From: a virus
Length of the DNA: 64,000 nt
Strand: one strand, 5' to 3'
IMG/VR virus record: IMGVR_UViG_3300035698_034402
Coordinates: 1 to 64,000 of that record
Shown here in pieces: positions 19,254 through 29,053 of this stretch. Below the pieces are notes generated by a model. That model saw only the letters and a list, made by a program, of their open reading frames with translations. It had not been told where the DNA came from and made no database searches. Positions within the stretch are counted from its first letter, which is position 1. Every line of letters begins with the position of its first letter. The translations under genes and the position numbers were made by a program.

Positions 19254-19294
19254 TAGCAGAGGGGGCGCACCGACTGGTCGCGCCCCGTTTGCTA
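19254..19294 (+). terminator. GC-rich hairpin (terminator or attenuator) before beta'-C
   Basis: TAGCAGAGGGGGCGC...GCGCCCCGTTTGCTA stem; poor U tail. Confidence 0.5.
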
Positions 19295-19310
19295 CTCCCA
19301 GGAGAGCGCC

Positions 19311-21158
19311 GTGGATACGACGGTTGGCCAGCTGCTTATTAACGAAGCTTTGCCTCCCGATCTGCGGGACTACAACCGCAGATTGGACAAGGCGGGCCTG
19401 AAAGATCTGCTCCGCGAGGTCATGCGGCGGTATCCGGAGCGCTACAAGGAAATTGCCCATCGGCTGGAACAATTGGGCGCAGATTTTGCCACGTCCACGG
19501 GCTCCAGTTTTTCGCTGAAGGATCTACGTCCTTCCCAAACAAAACGACGTATCGTAGCGGAAATCGAACGTCAGCTCAGCCGGACAACTAATCACCCTAC
19601 CTGGTCGGATGAAACGAAGGATCGCAAGATTATCGAGCTGTTGGGCTCTCGCATGGATGAGCTGCAGAAGGGCACCCACGCCGAGGGGCTGGCAGAAGGA
19701 AATAGCTTTTCGCGAATGATACGATCAGGCGCTCGGGGTAACCCGGCGAACTTGTCTTCCCTTCGCGGGGCTGATCTGCTTGTACTCGATCATCGGGATC
19801 GTCCGATCCCGATCCCGATTACCCACAGTTTCAGCGAGGGGCTCAGCCCGGCGGAGTATTTTGCCCAAGCTTATGGGACTCGTAAGGGCGTGATCGGGGC
19901 CAAGCTGAGTACCGCGAGTGCTGGGTTTCTCAATAAACAGCTGGTTAATACAGCCGGACAATTGCTCGTTACTGACGAGGAGCCCCTCGAAGGCACGGGT
20001 TTGCCTGTGGATATCGACGACCCGGACAACGAGGGCTCGGTTTTAGCTCGGGGCTACGGGGAATTCCCGGCGGGCACCATTCTGACCCCTTCTAGTGTCC
20101 GAGCGCTTCAACGTCTGGGGCACGACGAGATTCTGGTGCATTCGCCAATCTCAGCGGGTGGCGCAGGGGTTCCTCGTTTGGCGGCTGGGATACGGGAGCG
20201 AGGTGGGCTATCCCCGGTCGGAGATAATATCGGGATTGCTGCGGCACAGGCAGTGGGCGAGGTGCTTTCGCAAAGCCAGCTGTCTAGCAAGCATTCTGCG
20301 GGAACCGGAGGCGCTCCTTCGGCCACGCTCAGCGGATTCCAGGCTATCAATCAGTTGGTGCAGGTGCCGCGTACGTTCCAGAACGCTGCTACAATATCCC
20401 GGTTGGACGGCATCGTGGAACGGGTCGAGGATGCGCCGCAGGGCGGCAAGTACGTCTGGGTGAACGACGAGAAGCATTATGTCCACTCCGGAATTGAAAT
20501 CAGAGTCAAGATCGGTGATCGAATTTCTGCGGGCGATATGGTATCCGCTGGGGTGCCTAACCCCTCGGAAGTGGTTAAATACAAACACATCGGGGAGGGT
20601 CGTCGATATCTGGTTCGACAGCTTCGGGACACTTTGGAGTCTCAGGGGGTTGGAATTCACCGGCGGAACCTTGAGTTGCTCGCCCGAGGACTGGTCAATC
20701 ATGTCCGCGTTGTAGACCCCGACGGCGTCGCAGGTGCGTTGCCTGATGATATTCTCCCCTATGATGAGTTGGTTCGGCAGTATCAGCCCCGTTTTGGGAA
20801 CCTCTCTCTGACGCCGGGGCGTGCGCGTAACAAATATCTTGAGAGACCGGCGCTGCACTACTCCATTGGCACCCGGCTGACTCCGGAGGTTATCGCTACG
20901 CTCAAGAAACACGGAGTAGGGGAGGTTGTTGTACACGAGGATCCTCCTCCGTTCGAGCCCCATATGGTGCGGGCGATGGAGAGCACATTGCACGATCCGG
21001 ACTTCTTTCGGCGACTGGGTGGCTTTTACATCGGGAAAGGGTTCATGGACGCGGCGCAGCGGGGAGGCAAATCAGAAATCCACGGTCAGAACTGGGGGCA
21101 CTCTTTGGCGCAGGGGCAGGAGTTTGGTAAGCAATTGGCTACTAAGGGTGTGTATTAA
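19311..21158 (+). CDS. RNA polymerase beta' C-terminal part
   Basis: TTVGQLL, SGARG, F.EGLS..EYF...G.RKG bridge-helix region, GI.AAQA.GE...Q...H trigger-loop region, H.ELLAR. Confidence 0.9.
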   Translation: MDTTVGQLLINEALPPDLRDYNRRLDKAGLKDLLREVMRRYPERYKEIAHRLEQLGADFATSTGSSFSLKDLRPSQTKRRIVAEIERQLSRTTNHPTWSDETKDRKIIELLGSRMDELQKGTHAEGLAEGNSFSRMIRSGARGNPANLSSLRGADLLVLDHRDRPIPIPITHSFSEGLSPAEYFAQAYGTRKGVIGAKLSTASAGFLNKQLVNTAGQLLVTDEEPLEGTGLPVDIDDPDNEGSVLARGYGEFPAGTILTPSSVRALQRLGHDEILVHSPISAGGAGVPRLAAGIRERGGLSPVGDNIGIAAAQAVGEVLSQSQLSSKHSAGTGGAPSATLSGFQAINQLVQVPRTFQNAATISRLDGIVERVEDAPQGGKYVWVNDEKHYVHSGIEIRVKIGDRISAGDMVSAGVPNPSEVVKYKHIGEGRRYLVRQLRDTLESQGVGIHRRNLELLARGLVNHVRVVDPDGVAGALPDDILPYDELVRQYQPRFGNLSLTPGRARNKYLERPALHYSIGTRLTPEVIATLKKHGVGEVVVHEDPPPFEPHMVRAMESTLHDPDFFRRLGGFYIGKGFMDAAQRGGKSEIHGQNWGHSLAQGQEFGKQLATKGVY

Positions 21159-21169
21159 AACTAATGGTT

Positions 21170-21199
21170 TTGAGGGGTCCGAGGTCGGCTTAGTATACT
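21170..21199 (+). promoter_or_regulatory. sigma70-type promoter upstream of the endonuclease
   Basis: TTGAGG-18-TATACT in the intergenic gap. Confidence 0.45.
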
Positions 21200-21262
21200 G
21201 ACGAGTATGTCTGGGTGGTTCAACAGGGGAGTTCTCCAGGACGATTTTTGACAGGGTAGCTA

Positions 21263-22405
21263 GTGCTTACAGCTGAAACAGCTATTTTGCTTGATGATTT
21301 TAGCCAATGTCCTGCGGGGGCTGTTCGTATCGGCGACCGTGTGATGACCGCGGACGAGAGCAGGCAGCTGCAATCGCAGCCGGTAGTGGGGCTTCGTAGT
21401 GCTTCCGCGGATTGCTATCATGCGGAGTTTTCCGAGCAGAACCGAAGGAAAGAGCGAAAGACTTATGTAGTTGCTGCGTCTCCAGAAACGGAGATTTTGT
21501 CTTTATACGATCCGGGATCGCGGGAGATGTCGGGGCGAACACCCAGTTTTAATGCCTTTGTTGCGGGACCTCGTTCGGCGCAGTTCCGTGGCGTGTTGCA
21601 TGGCGGTCTGTATGACGATGCCTCCATGCCTAGCGACTCTCGCGATTTATTGTTGGGAATGTTATTGGGCGACGGCTATTACGCGCCTAGTAGCCAGTCT
21701 GGAGTGTATCTTTCATGTTACGATCCTACGTTGATAGACGATACCCGGGAGTATTTGCACGGCTTGGGGCTTGTGGCACGGAGTACTGCAGCGCGCCCGG
21801 AGTTATATCGCCTGGTGCCTTTCGGACGAAGTGAGGGGCGTTATTACGCATTTGCTAGTAACGATCCGGCACTGGCTATGCTTAGAGATTTGGGCGTTGA
21901 GCGCAAGCTTGCCCACGAAAAGGTGATTCCCGAGGTAGGCTATAGCTGGTCGAATGCGTCCGTGGCTCGTTTGCTATCCGGGCTGCTAGTGACTGACGGA
22001 TCAATTTTCTCCCCGTGTGACAGAAGTCACGGCGCGGTGTTTGTTTCGTTTGCTTCAACATCGGAACGTATGGTTCACCAGATCGCGGAATTGCTTAAGA
22101 CGCGATTTGGCGTTCACGATTGTCGATTTGTCTCTCATAGCGGCGAGAGAAACAACGCTCTGCATACGTTGAGAGTTATGTCGGCTTACTCGGTGCGGAG
22201 ATTGCTTCGCACGATACCGCTATTCGGCGTAAAGAAATTGCGGGCGGCACAACTTATGCGTTCGTGGACAACGAAGAAAGAACGTCTGTACGGCTGTTTG
22301 AAGCGCGGACCGGTAGTGCATCGCGGGAGCGAAGAGTGCGTAAGCATTCAGATCCCAGCGGAATCGGTGGTGCTCGGCTGCGGACTTATTGCGAGGGTTG
22401 ATTAA
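21263..22405 (+). CDS. free-standing intein-derived LAGLIDADG homing endonuclease
   Basis: LLGMLLGDG and LSGLLVTDG; intein-like ends (LTAETAILLDD...IGDRVM; CVSIQI...GLIA) but no Cys1 or terminal HN; in-frame TAG two codons upstream. Confidence 0.75.
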   Translation: MLTAETAILLDDFSQCPAGAVRIGDRVMTADESRQLQSQPVVGLRSASADCYHAEFSEQNRRKERKTYVVAASPETEILSLYDPGSREMSGRTPSFNAFVAGPRSAQFRGVLHGGLYDDASMPSDSRDLLLGMLLGDGYYAPSSQSGVYLSCYDPTLIDDTREYLHGLGLVARSTAARPELYRLVPFGRSEGRYYAFASNDPALAMLRDLGVERKLAHEKVIPEVGYSWSNASVARLLSGLLVTDGSIFSPCDRSHGAVFVSFASTSERMVHQIAELLKTRFGVHDCRFVSHSGERNNALHTLRVMSAYSVRRLLRTIPLFGVKKLRAAQLMRSWTTKKERLYGCLKRGPVVHRGSEECVSIQIPAESVVLGCGLIARVD

Positions 22406-24736
22406 ATGCGTAAACAAGCGACTGGTGTAGGTTCGCCATCCGACGGTGACTTCGAGGTCACGCTTTCTGATTTAGCCCATGCACAATTGCGGGATCGTGC
22501 TCCGGCGCTGTTGGACTACTTGCTCGGGTTCCAGGTGCTGGACCAGAACGAAGATCAAACACACGGCATCGGGATCATGGGCTTCAAGATCGGCGAGCAG
22601 ATGTTGTTTGTGCCGAGCTTTTTCCTCAACGGGGAGCTGAAACAGAGTCTTATCTACATCAAGAATCAGGATCTGTTTGTTCCACTGCAGGACAATTGGG
22701 TGACTTATCTGCTCAATCGACGTCCGTTTACCATGGGCGAGCCCGAACCGCGCAAGGAGCAGGAATTGGGCGTGCAGCAGCCGGATCTGTCGGTATTGTC
22801 CAATACTCGTACGGGGGCAGCTGGCGGGGCAGATCTTTTTTCTCAGCGACAGGCCAGCTGGGAGCCTTGGACTGCGGGCATCGAACAAATGCTCGTTAGA
22901 ATCGGCGGGCGGTACCAGGAGCTTCCCACTTTGCCGGGATTTTTGTCCAAGACGGCAGCTTATGGGACTTCGCGTGCTTTGCTATGCACTATGCGTTCCG
23001 ATCCTCCGTTTGCCGAAGTGGTGTTGGCCCAACGCCCTTTGCACGAGCTGGCGCACAAGCCCTCCGCGAAGGAGGGTTGTAGTTCGAGTCGTAAAAAACA
23101 GCGGCGGGTGGATCGATGGCATAAGCCTCCGCAGCAGAAGCGCTCCGCGTTACTATTTGACGAAGAAGACTTTTACGAGCGGAACGGTCCGCAGCGGGTG
23201 CGGGCGCTATACGGGCACGTCGAAGATCTGCTGCTATCCGATACGGAAAAGAGTGCGCTAGTCCGCGGGGAGTTCGTGTTCAAGGATGCGCGGGAGAAGG
23301 CTAACCAGGCCTACGCTGCGGAGACCGCGGAGCCCAAGAACCTGGCTAACCCTACCGAGAGCGGGCGTCATGAAATGTTGATTTCCAGCGGGGAGTATCG
23401 CGATGTGCTTATTGGCATCGGCCCCCGTGCTCTAGGCAAAGGTTATCTCCGTGTGGCCCTGGTGGTCGATCGGGATACCGGCAACTACGGATACTGGTGG
23501 CCGGAGAGCATCTGGGTTAAACCCAAGGAAGAGGTCTGCGAGGACGATGGGGACTACTTTTCCGCCCTTGCTGGCGCTGAATCGGCCGAGCCGAATAAGA
23601 CCTACGCGTTAATCAGCAAGACTCGCCAGATGTCGGTCGCTTTCCGGGTGAAGCGCAAAGTTCGTACGGCGGACGGCAAGGTGGAGCTGTTCGTTCAGCC
23701 GATGGTAACTGACCCGGGAGCCAAACCCAGCGTGCTGGAGCCTTATAGGCAGGAAGATGTAGTCCAGTTCGGTGACGGACCGCATCTGGCTCATGTTGGT
23801 AATGTAACCAGTGGCGCCCCTTCCGACTCCGGCTTCGACTCCGAACCCGACTCCGAACCCGATTCGGGCTCTACGCCGGAGTTTGCTCAGCTATCTCATA
23901 TTGTTCTGGTGGACGATGACCGAGATCTTCGGGTTGTAAGACAGACCTTATTTGCTCCCAAGACTGCCAAGCTGATCTCGTTGAAAGAGGGCGAGGCGCT
24001 GGAAAGCTGGGGCATGAACGATCCCACCGGCTTGTTAGATGTAGAGATCAAATTGCTCAAGTCCGGCGCGGTCGAGCCCTTGGAGCTGCTGAAGAAGAGC
24101 GAGGGGGTCTATTTGAACAACGTTGGCCCGCACACTCGGGAGCAGGCCGTGCTTGCCTTGGTTAAGTGTGCTGGGTTACGTGGCCCGCAGGCTGTAGGCA
24201 TGCTCAATCAAGCGCCGCTGGACCGGCGTCAGCAATTTTTGGTCAAGAATAATATCGGTATGTCAGGGGGGTTTCCGGAACCGGCATATGGCTATGACGA
24301 CTACTCCGGGGCGCTGGAGCAATATCCTACTGAGGACCAGGTGCCTGTGGATATGCCGATGGGAGCTGGGCCGGAGGCTTATCTGGGCAAGCCCGAGAAA
24401 CACCAGATCATGGAAGCGGCTCAGACCGGGCAGAAGGATATTTTTGACGCTTCGGCTATTGCCTCCCTGGTGCGTACCTCTGATAGCGAGGATCTGATCA
24501 CCCAGTACCTGTCCGACATTATTCTGGGCCTGGACCGGGTCGGGAGAATTCTGTTCATGTACTACTGGCTCAATGAGCAGTTCCGCGATCGCTACGGGCA
24601 GGAGAACATGGTCGAATTGGAGGACCAGCTCAAATCCGTGCTGAAGGGCACTGGGGACCTGGTTCTCTTCCTTAAGCAGCGGCAGGTGGAGGGATCGCCG
24701 ACGGACTCGATGGATATTGATCTGGGCGTGAGATGA
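22406..24736 (+). CDS. large head-associated protein
   Basis: 776 aa; MRKQA, SKTA, EKSA, VKCA motifs. Confidence 0.7.
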   Translation: MRKQATGVGSPSDGDFEVTLSDLAHAQLRDRAPALLDYLLGFQVLDQNEDQTHGIGIMGFKIGEQMLFVPSFFLNGELKQSLIYIKNQDLFVPLQDNWVTYLLNRRPFTMGEPEPRKEQELGVQQPDLSVLSNTRTGAAGGADLFSQRQASWEPWTAGIEQMLVRIGGRYQELPTLPGFLSKTAAYGTSRALLCTMRSDPPFAEVVLAQRPLHELAHKPSAKEGCSSSRKKQRRVDRWHKPPQQKRSALLFDEEDFYERNGPQRVRALYGHVEDLLLSDTEKSALVRGEFVFKDAREKANQAYAAETAEPKNLANPTESGRHEMLISSGEYRDVLIGIGPRALGKGYLRVALVVDRDTGNYGYWWPESIWVKPKEEVCEDDGDYFSALAGAESAEPNKTYALISKTRQMSVAFRVKRKVRTADGKVELFVQPMVTDPGAKPSVLEPYRQEDVVQFGDGPHLAHVGNVTSGAPSDSGFDSEPDSEPDSGSTPEFAQLSHIVLVDDDRDLRVVRQTLFAPKTAKLISLKEGEALESWGMNDPTGLLDVEIKLLKSGAVEPLELLKKSEGVYLNNVGPHTREQAVLALVKCAGLRGPQAVGMLNQAPLDRRQQFLVKNNIGMSGGFPEPAYGYDDYSGALEQYPTEDQVPVDMPMGAGPEAYLGKPEKHQIMEAAQTGQKDIFDASAIASLVRTSDSEDLITQYLSDIILGLDRVGRILFMYYWLNEQFRDRYGQENMVELEDQLKSVLKGTGDLVLFLKQRQVEGSPTDSMDIDLGVR

Positions 24737-24875
24737 TGGCTTTACGTGTCTTCTTTGGGAGCTGAAACGGCTGACTACTGCTCTAGCTCATTTTAGCCGA
24801 AGAGAACTTGTCCCGCTGCCTACTGCGACGGAGCTGGAGGAGGTACGCCGCCGCGCCTACAGCCTGCGCTCTCTG

Positions 24876-25739
24876 TTGGATCCGGAGTGGCGTTATACCC
24901 GCAGCCGCAGTTTACATACTGAGGGCGTTATCCGGTATCGCAGCTCGGAAGATCCCTGGGTGGCCCAGTTGGGCAGTTTTTTGCGGGCATTTCATAGTTC
25001 AACGGTCGCAGGATTGAGCGCCATAGAAGACCGGTTCCCCGATATCTACTGGGCCTATCAGACGCAGACTATGGAGACTCGTGGCCCGCGGTACCATCTG
25101 GAAGCTTTGGTGCTTACTAGCCTTCCTACTGACGAAATCGCCGATTATTTGGGTCTGCCACCTGCTGTAGTGCTCGCTTATGAGCAGTGTTTCTTTGATC
25201 TGCGCCAACATTTAGCTCGTCCGGAGGCCATTCGCACCTATATTGGCGCTCGTTCACGTGCCCGGGGTATGCGGGACCTGGATCCGGATCCGTTTTGGAA
25301 GCGGATAGCTCTGTCGGAGGGCGAAGCTTTGTTGTTCTCCTTATGGGATGACGGTGTGCTCGGTCCGGCGGATCGCAAGAAGCTCGACGCCCTTATCGAA
25401 TCGGATGCCCGGCGTAACGCCTTGGAAGCTATGCGGGTTCGACACATCAATTCGGCCAACGCTCACGAGGTCATGGAAGAGTACATCGCGATTTGCCGGA
25501 ACGAAACAGAGCGGCTGAAGGCGGAAGCGGAGGTGGGAGAGGCTGCGGGCAGTGTACAAGAATTTGTTGCAGGACTGTTCCACGCCGTACAATTTTCAAT
25601 AGCGCCGGTAGGAAAGGGCGCAGAACAGTCCTATATCGAATTGACGAGCGCGCTGGCGCAGGCTCCTGCTTTGCTAGAACGTTTGCAGGGCGCGGCTGTG
25701 GAGACTAAACATGTCGACATATCAGAAGGCAGCGAATGA
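24876..25739 (+). CDS. helical hypothetical protein (start uncertain)
   Basis: Frame is open from 24732; first canonical start is TTG 24876. Confidence 0.65.
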   Translation: MDPEWRYTRSRSLHTEGVIRYRSSEDPWVAQLGSFLRAFHSSTVAGLSAIEDRFPDIYWAYQTQTMETRGPRYHLEALVLTSLPTDEIADYLGLPPAVVLAYEQCFFDLRQHLARPEAIRTYIGARSRARGMRDLDPDPFWKRIALSEGEALLFSLWDDGVLGPADRKKLDALIESDARRNALEAMRVRHINSANAHEVMEEYIAICRNETERLKAEAEVGEAAGSVQEFVAGLFHAVQFSIAPVGKGAEQSYIELTSALAQAPALLERLQGAAVETKHVDISEGSE

Positions 25740-26649
25740 CGCTTTGGCTACTCTGGATCGGCTGGAAACGGATTCAGAGGCAATAAACCAATTAGGTCCC
25801 CTGTGCAAGCAAGCGGGGCTTGGCGACGACGAGGCCGTGTATCTCGTTAAATTCGCCCGTTCCTTTGAAGAGGTTACTGCTCTGTCTACTGAGGACCTGG
25901 TGAAACGGGCGTTGAGGAAGTTTCTCCAGGGTCGCGATTCCGATGCCATCTACCGGGGGATCTCCCTTAGGCAACCGTCGGATTCGGTCAAATGTGCGGC
26001 AGCCTGCGAGATGCTTGGTATACAGGACCTGCGTGAACGTCCCGAGGACGCGGCTCTGGCCGTCGAGCTGGAAAAGCGCGCTATTGGCGGAGGGATCAGG
26101 GCGCTTGGACAGTTGGGGAGGTCGATGGGTCGAGCGGGGCGTTCAGGGGGAAGTTTGATCCGTGGAGGCTCGCGTGCATCTCGTCCGAGTATTGCGTCTC
26201 GCGTGTCCGGTTTGAGAGGAGCGCGTGGCGGAAGAGGCGTCGGTGAAGTAGCCGGGCTGGGGACTGGCCGAATCGGGGGTGTTGCCGGAGCAGCTGAGGC
26301 AGGCGGCGCTGGTGCGGGTGGGATCGGAAATATCGGCGGAGGAGGAGGCGCAGGTGGAGCAGCTGGAGGGGGCTGGGGGAGAACTGCGCTAGGGGTCGGT
26401 GCCGGAGGTGGAGCGGGTTACGGCCTGTCCGAGTTGTCGGGTCCCTCCCGGGAGGAAATGCAGCGAGAATTTTTTCAACAGTACGCTGTGCCAGCGGTGC
26501 AAAGCATGGCCCGGCAGGGGGATATCCCGGGAATTGTGGACTTGATTCAGCAGGCTAAAAGTGCGGATATTCCACCAGAACTTTGGCAGGCGCTGGCGCG
26601 GGCGATGCATTACAACCGCAATTCTTTTATTCCTCAGCACTGGGCATAG
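25711..26649 (+). CDS. putative internal virion protein
   Basis: Seven KxA sites; Gly/Arg-rich region after LEKRA. Confidence 0.7.
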   Translation: MSTYQKAANDALATLDRLETDSEAINQLGPLCKQAGLGDDEAVYLVKFARSFEEVTALSTEDLVKRALRKFLQGRDSDAIYRGISLRQPSDSVKCAAACEMLGIQDLRERPEDAALAVELEKRAIGGGIRALGQLGRSMGRAGRSGGSLIRGGSRASRPSIASRVSGLRGARGGRGVGEVAGLGTGRIGGVAGAAEAGGAGAGGIGNIGGGGGAGGAAGGGWGRTALGVGAGGGAGYGLSELSGPSREEMQREFFQQYAVPAVQSMARQGDIPGIVDLIQQAKSADIPPELWQALARAMHYNRNSFIPQHWA

Positions 26650-26657
26650 GGCTAGTT

Positions 26658-27998
26658 ATGAAGACGTTATCAAGAACTCAGGAATTGCGCGTCATCGACG
26701 CTGCTGAACGGATGGTAGATCTGTCCAATCAGGGGGTTTCCCCTAACGACGCGCTTTTCAAGGTGGCCACGGACGAGAGCTTGAATCCGGAGTTCGTTCG
26801 GCGTCTGACGGAGGTTTACAATACCAGCCGCATGCTGGCTCATTTCCAGACGTGTGCTCCGGAGAAGCGGGCTGACGAGTTTCCGCTGGCCAGTGCCGAG
26901 ATCGTGCTGAAGCGTATGTATCCTCAAACGATCGAGGCCGACGGGGTCAAGGCGGCTCGGGAACAATGCCATTCGACCTGGTTCAGTCCGCCTCCGGATT
27001 TCAACCGTCCGCAAGCCCTGGAGAAGACAGCGGTGGCTGCCGTTCCTATGGAGTCTTCATACGGACTCGCAGATCCGAATTTGCTAATCAAACGTGCCCG
27101 TAATCATCTGGCGTCGTTAAAACGAAACGCGGAGATTGCCCGGACAGACGAGCAGTATTCTCGTGAGCTGGTGCGGGATAGCATCGCGAAGACGGCAGCA
27201 TATTTTCGCTCGTTGGACCATGTGCCGTTCGAGCGGGTGGAGTCGGCGGTTCTGACACATTTTGGGGATACTGTTGCTAAGCCGCTGATGAACGCGGTTT
27301 ATTTGGCCTGTCGTGGAGAGACCTTCGGGGAGAAGCGCGGCGCGGCGGATGGTTTGCCGAAGGTATTCAGCCGGGAAGATGATCCTTATAGCCATATTTT
27401 TGCCGCGGTAGAACGAGCGCGGGAATGGCACAAGGCCGCTGCGGAGGACCAGATGGTTCGTGCTGACGTCCGGCAGTTTGGCGCGGCATTGCAAGAGCGC
27501 CTGCAAAAGCTCGCGGGGCCGAGGAGGACTCGCATCCCTTTCCCTTTTACTGAGATTGCCAAGAGCGCTGTAGGCCTGTTACCTACGTTGGCAAGTGGCA
27601 CGTTTATCGGAAGCAAGCTGAACGAAATGATAGAGGATCCCGCGGAGTTCGAGCAGCGGGTGCAGGGGGCGGCGGATCCGGAGCAGGATATTAAGTTGCG
27701 CGCGATTCAGACGCGGGCCATGCTGAACGAGTTCATGACCTCGGATCCGGTAATCTCCGGTTACCCTCCGGAAGCAATTATGGCGGCGTACAATGAGATT
27801 TCGCAGATGACCCCTCGGGTGGCCGATCAACCGATGCTTCTACGGGGGATGCTGGCTCGGCGGCTGGAAATGGGCCGGTCGGAACCATTCGAGGCCGATC
27901 AGGCGATTACCGCGGAAACCGGACTCAAAAAACTCGAAGAACCTCAACGAGCACCGGATAGCCCATCGACATGGACAAGCAAGCCGCTGAAAAATTAG
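26658..27998 (+). CDS. helical head-associated protein
   Basis: Start at MKTLS; about nine KxA sites. Confidence 0.7.
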   Translation: MKTLSRTQELRVIDAAERMVDLSNQGVSPNDALFKVATDESLNPEFVRRLTEVYNTSRMLAHFQTCAPEKRADEFPLASAEIVLKRMYPQTIEADGVKAAREQCHSTWFSPPPDFNRPQALEKTAVAAVPMESSYGLADPNLLIKRARNHLASLKRNAEIARTDEQYSRELVRDSIAKTAAYFRSLDHVPFERVESAVLTHFGDTVAKPLMNAVYLACRGETFGEKRGAADGLPKVFSREDDPYSHIFAAVERAREWHKAAAEDQMVRADVRQFGAALQERLQKLAGPRRTRIPFPFTEIAKSAVGLLPTLASGTFIGSKLNEMIEDPAEFEQRVQGAADPEQDIKLRAIQTRAMLNEFMTSDPVISGYPPEAIMAAYNEISQMTPRVADQPMLLRGMLARRLEMGRSEPFEADQAITAETGLKKLEEPQRAPDSPSTWTSKPLKN

Positions 27999-29053
27999 CC
28001 TCTGAACTAGCCGAATTGGCCATGGAAAAGCGGGCGCTAAGCCCTCAAGAGTGGCCGAGTTGGTTATGGCAGAAGTTCAATGAACTGCCTCGGGAGCAGC
28101 GTAACGCCCTCGTTGCGAGTCTTGCTGGAGGGGCGGCTACCGGCGGAGGATCTGCGCTGACTGGCGGGAACGTTCCTCTGGATACGATTTTGGGGCTGTT
28201 GCTTGGCGGGGGCGCGGGCTACGCGGGTACTCGCTTGGCGGACTATTTCAAGGGGCGTACACCAATTCCGAGTCGTGAGTTACCGCCTGAAAGGTGGCGG
28301 GAGATTAATGAGGAGTTGCCTAAGAGTCCCTCTTGGGAGAAAGCAAAGCGCATTGGTGGAGCAGGCGCTCGTGGCGCTGCCGTTGGAGGAGCAGGCACAG
28401 CGCTAGGGCTGGGGGCAGCCGGGAGATTACAGCGCGGTGGAGCTGCCGCTATTGCCGAGTCGGTTGGGGGACTTCAAGAGGCGCGGGGAGAGCTGTCCGG
28501 GCTGCTTCAGACTTTGGAGCACATGCGGTCAGGGAATATTAAAGAAGTTCAGACGGCGCGAGGAGAAGTGTCCGAACTGCTTCATAATTTGGAGCGCGTG
28601 CAGGCAGGGAAGCCTAAGGTAAAAAAGTGGCATTCTCTTGCGGAATTGGAGCGCGCAATTGACCTTAAAACCGAGGCTTTGGGGCACACGATGCCGCAGC
28701 AGGCCGTTCAGAATGTTTACAAGGGCATGAACTGGAAGCAGCGCGCACGGGCGGCTGTCCCTGGGCTCGGAGGGCAAGCGCAAGCAAGGACCCAAGCCGA
28801 GGTCGCGAGGATGATAAGCGAGCTTAAGAAAGCGGGTCCTGCTGGCAGGCCGCTTAACCCGTTTCCTTGGCTCTCGTCCGGGTCCAAGGCCGAGAGTTTG
28901 AAGCATATTCGTCGCGCTTCGGGAAGACATCTGCGCGGCCTTGGAGCGATTAAAGGAAAAAAGGGTTGGTTGGCTGGGGGCGCTTTGCTCGCAGGTCTTT
29001 TGGGGGCAGGTTACGAGGCGCTTAAGAGCGGCGAGAAGGAGCCAGCAAAATGA
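27971..29053 (+). CDS. putative internal/ejection protein with Gly zippers
   Basis: MDKQAAEKLA...MEKRA leader; RNAL-Gly-zipper block similar to one in 9785..11311. Confidence 0.65.
   Translation: MDKQAAEKLASELAELAMEKRALSPQEWPSWLWQKFNELPREQRNALVASLAGGAATGGGSALTGGNVPLDTILGLLLGGGAGYAGTRLADYFKGRTPIPSRELPPERWREINEELPKSPSWEKAKRIGGAGARGAAVGGAGTALGLGAAGRLQRGGAAAIAESVGGLQEARGELSGLLQTLEHMRSGNIKEVQTARGEVSELLHNLERVQAGKPKVKKWHSLAELERAIDLKTEALGHTMPQQAVQNVYKGMNWKQRARAAVPGLGGQAQARTQAEVARMISELKKAGPAGRPLNPFPWLSSGSKAESLKHIRRASGRHLRGLGAIKGKKGWLAGGALLAGLLGAGYEALKSGEKEPAK

Noticed and set aside
21257-21262. TAG before the intein-like ORF as evidence of stop-codon recoding
   Set aside because: TAG cleanly ends many genes here (5409, 17729, 32070, 33665), and long genes have no internal TAG
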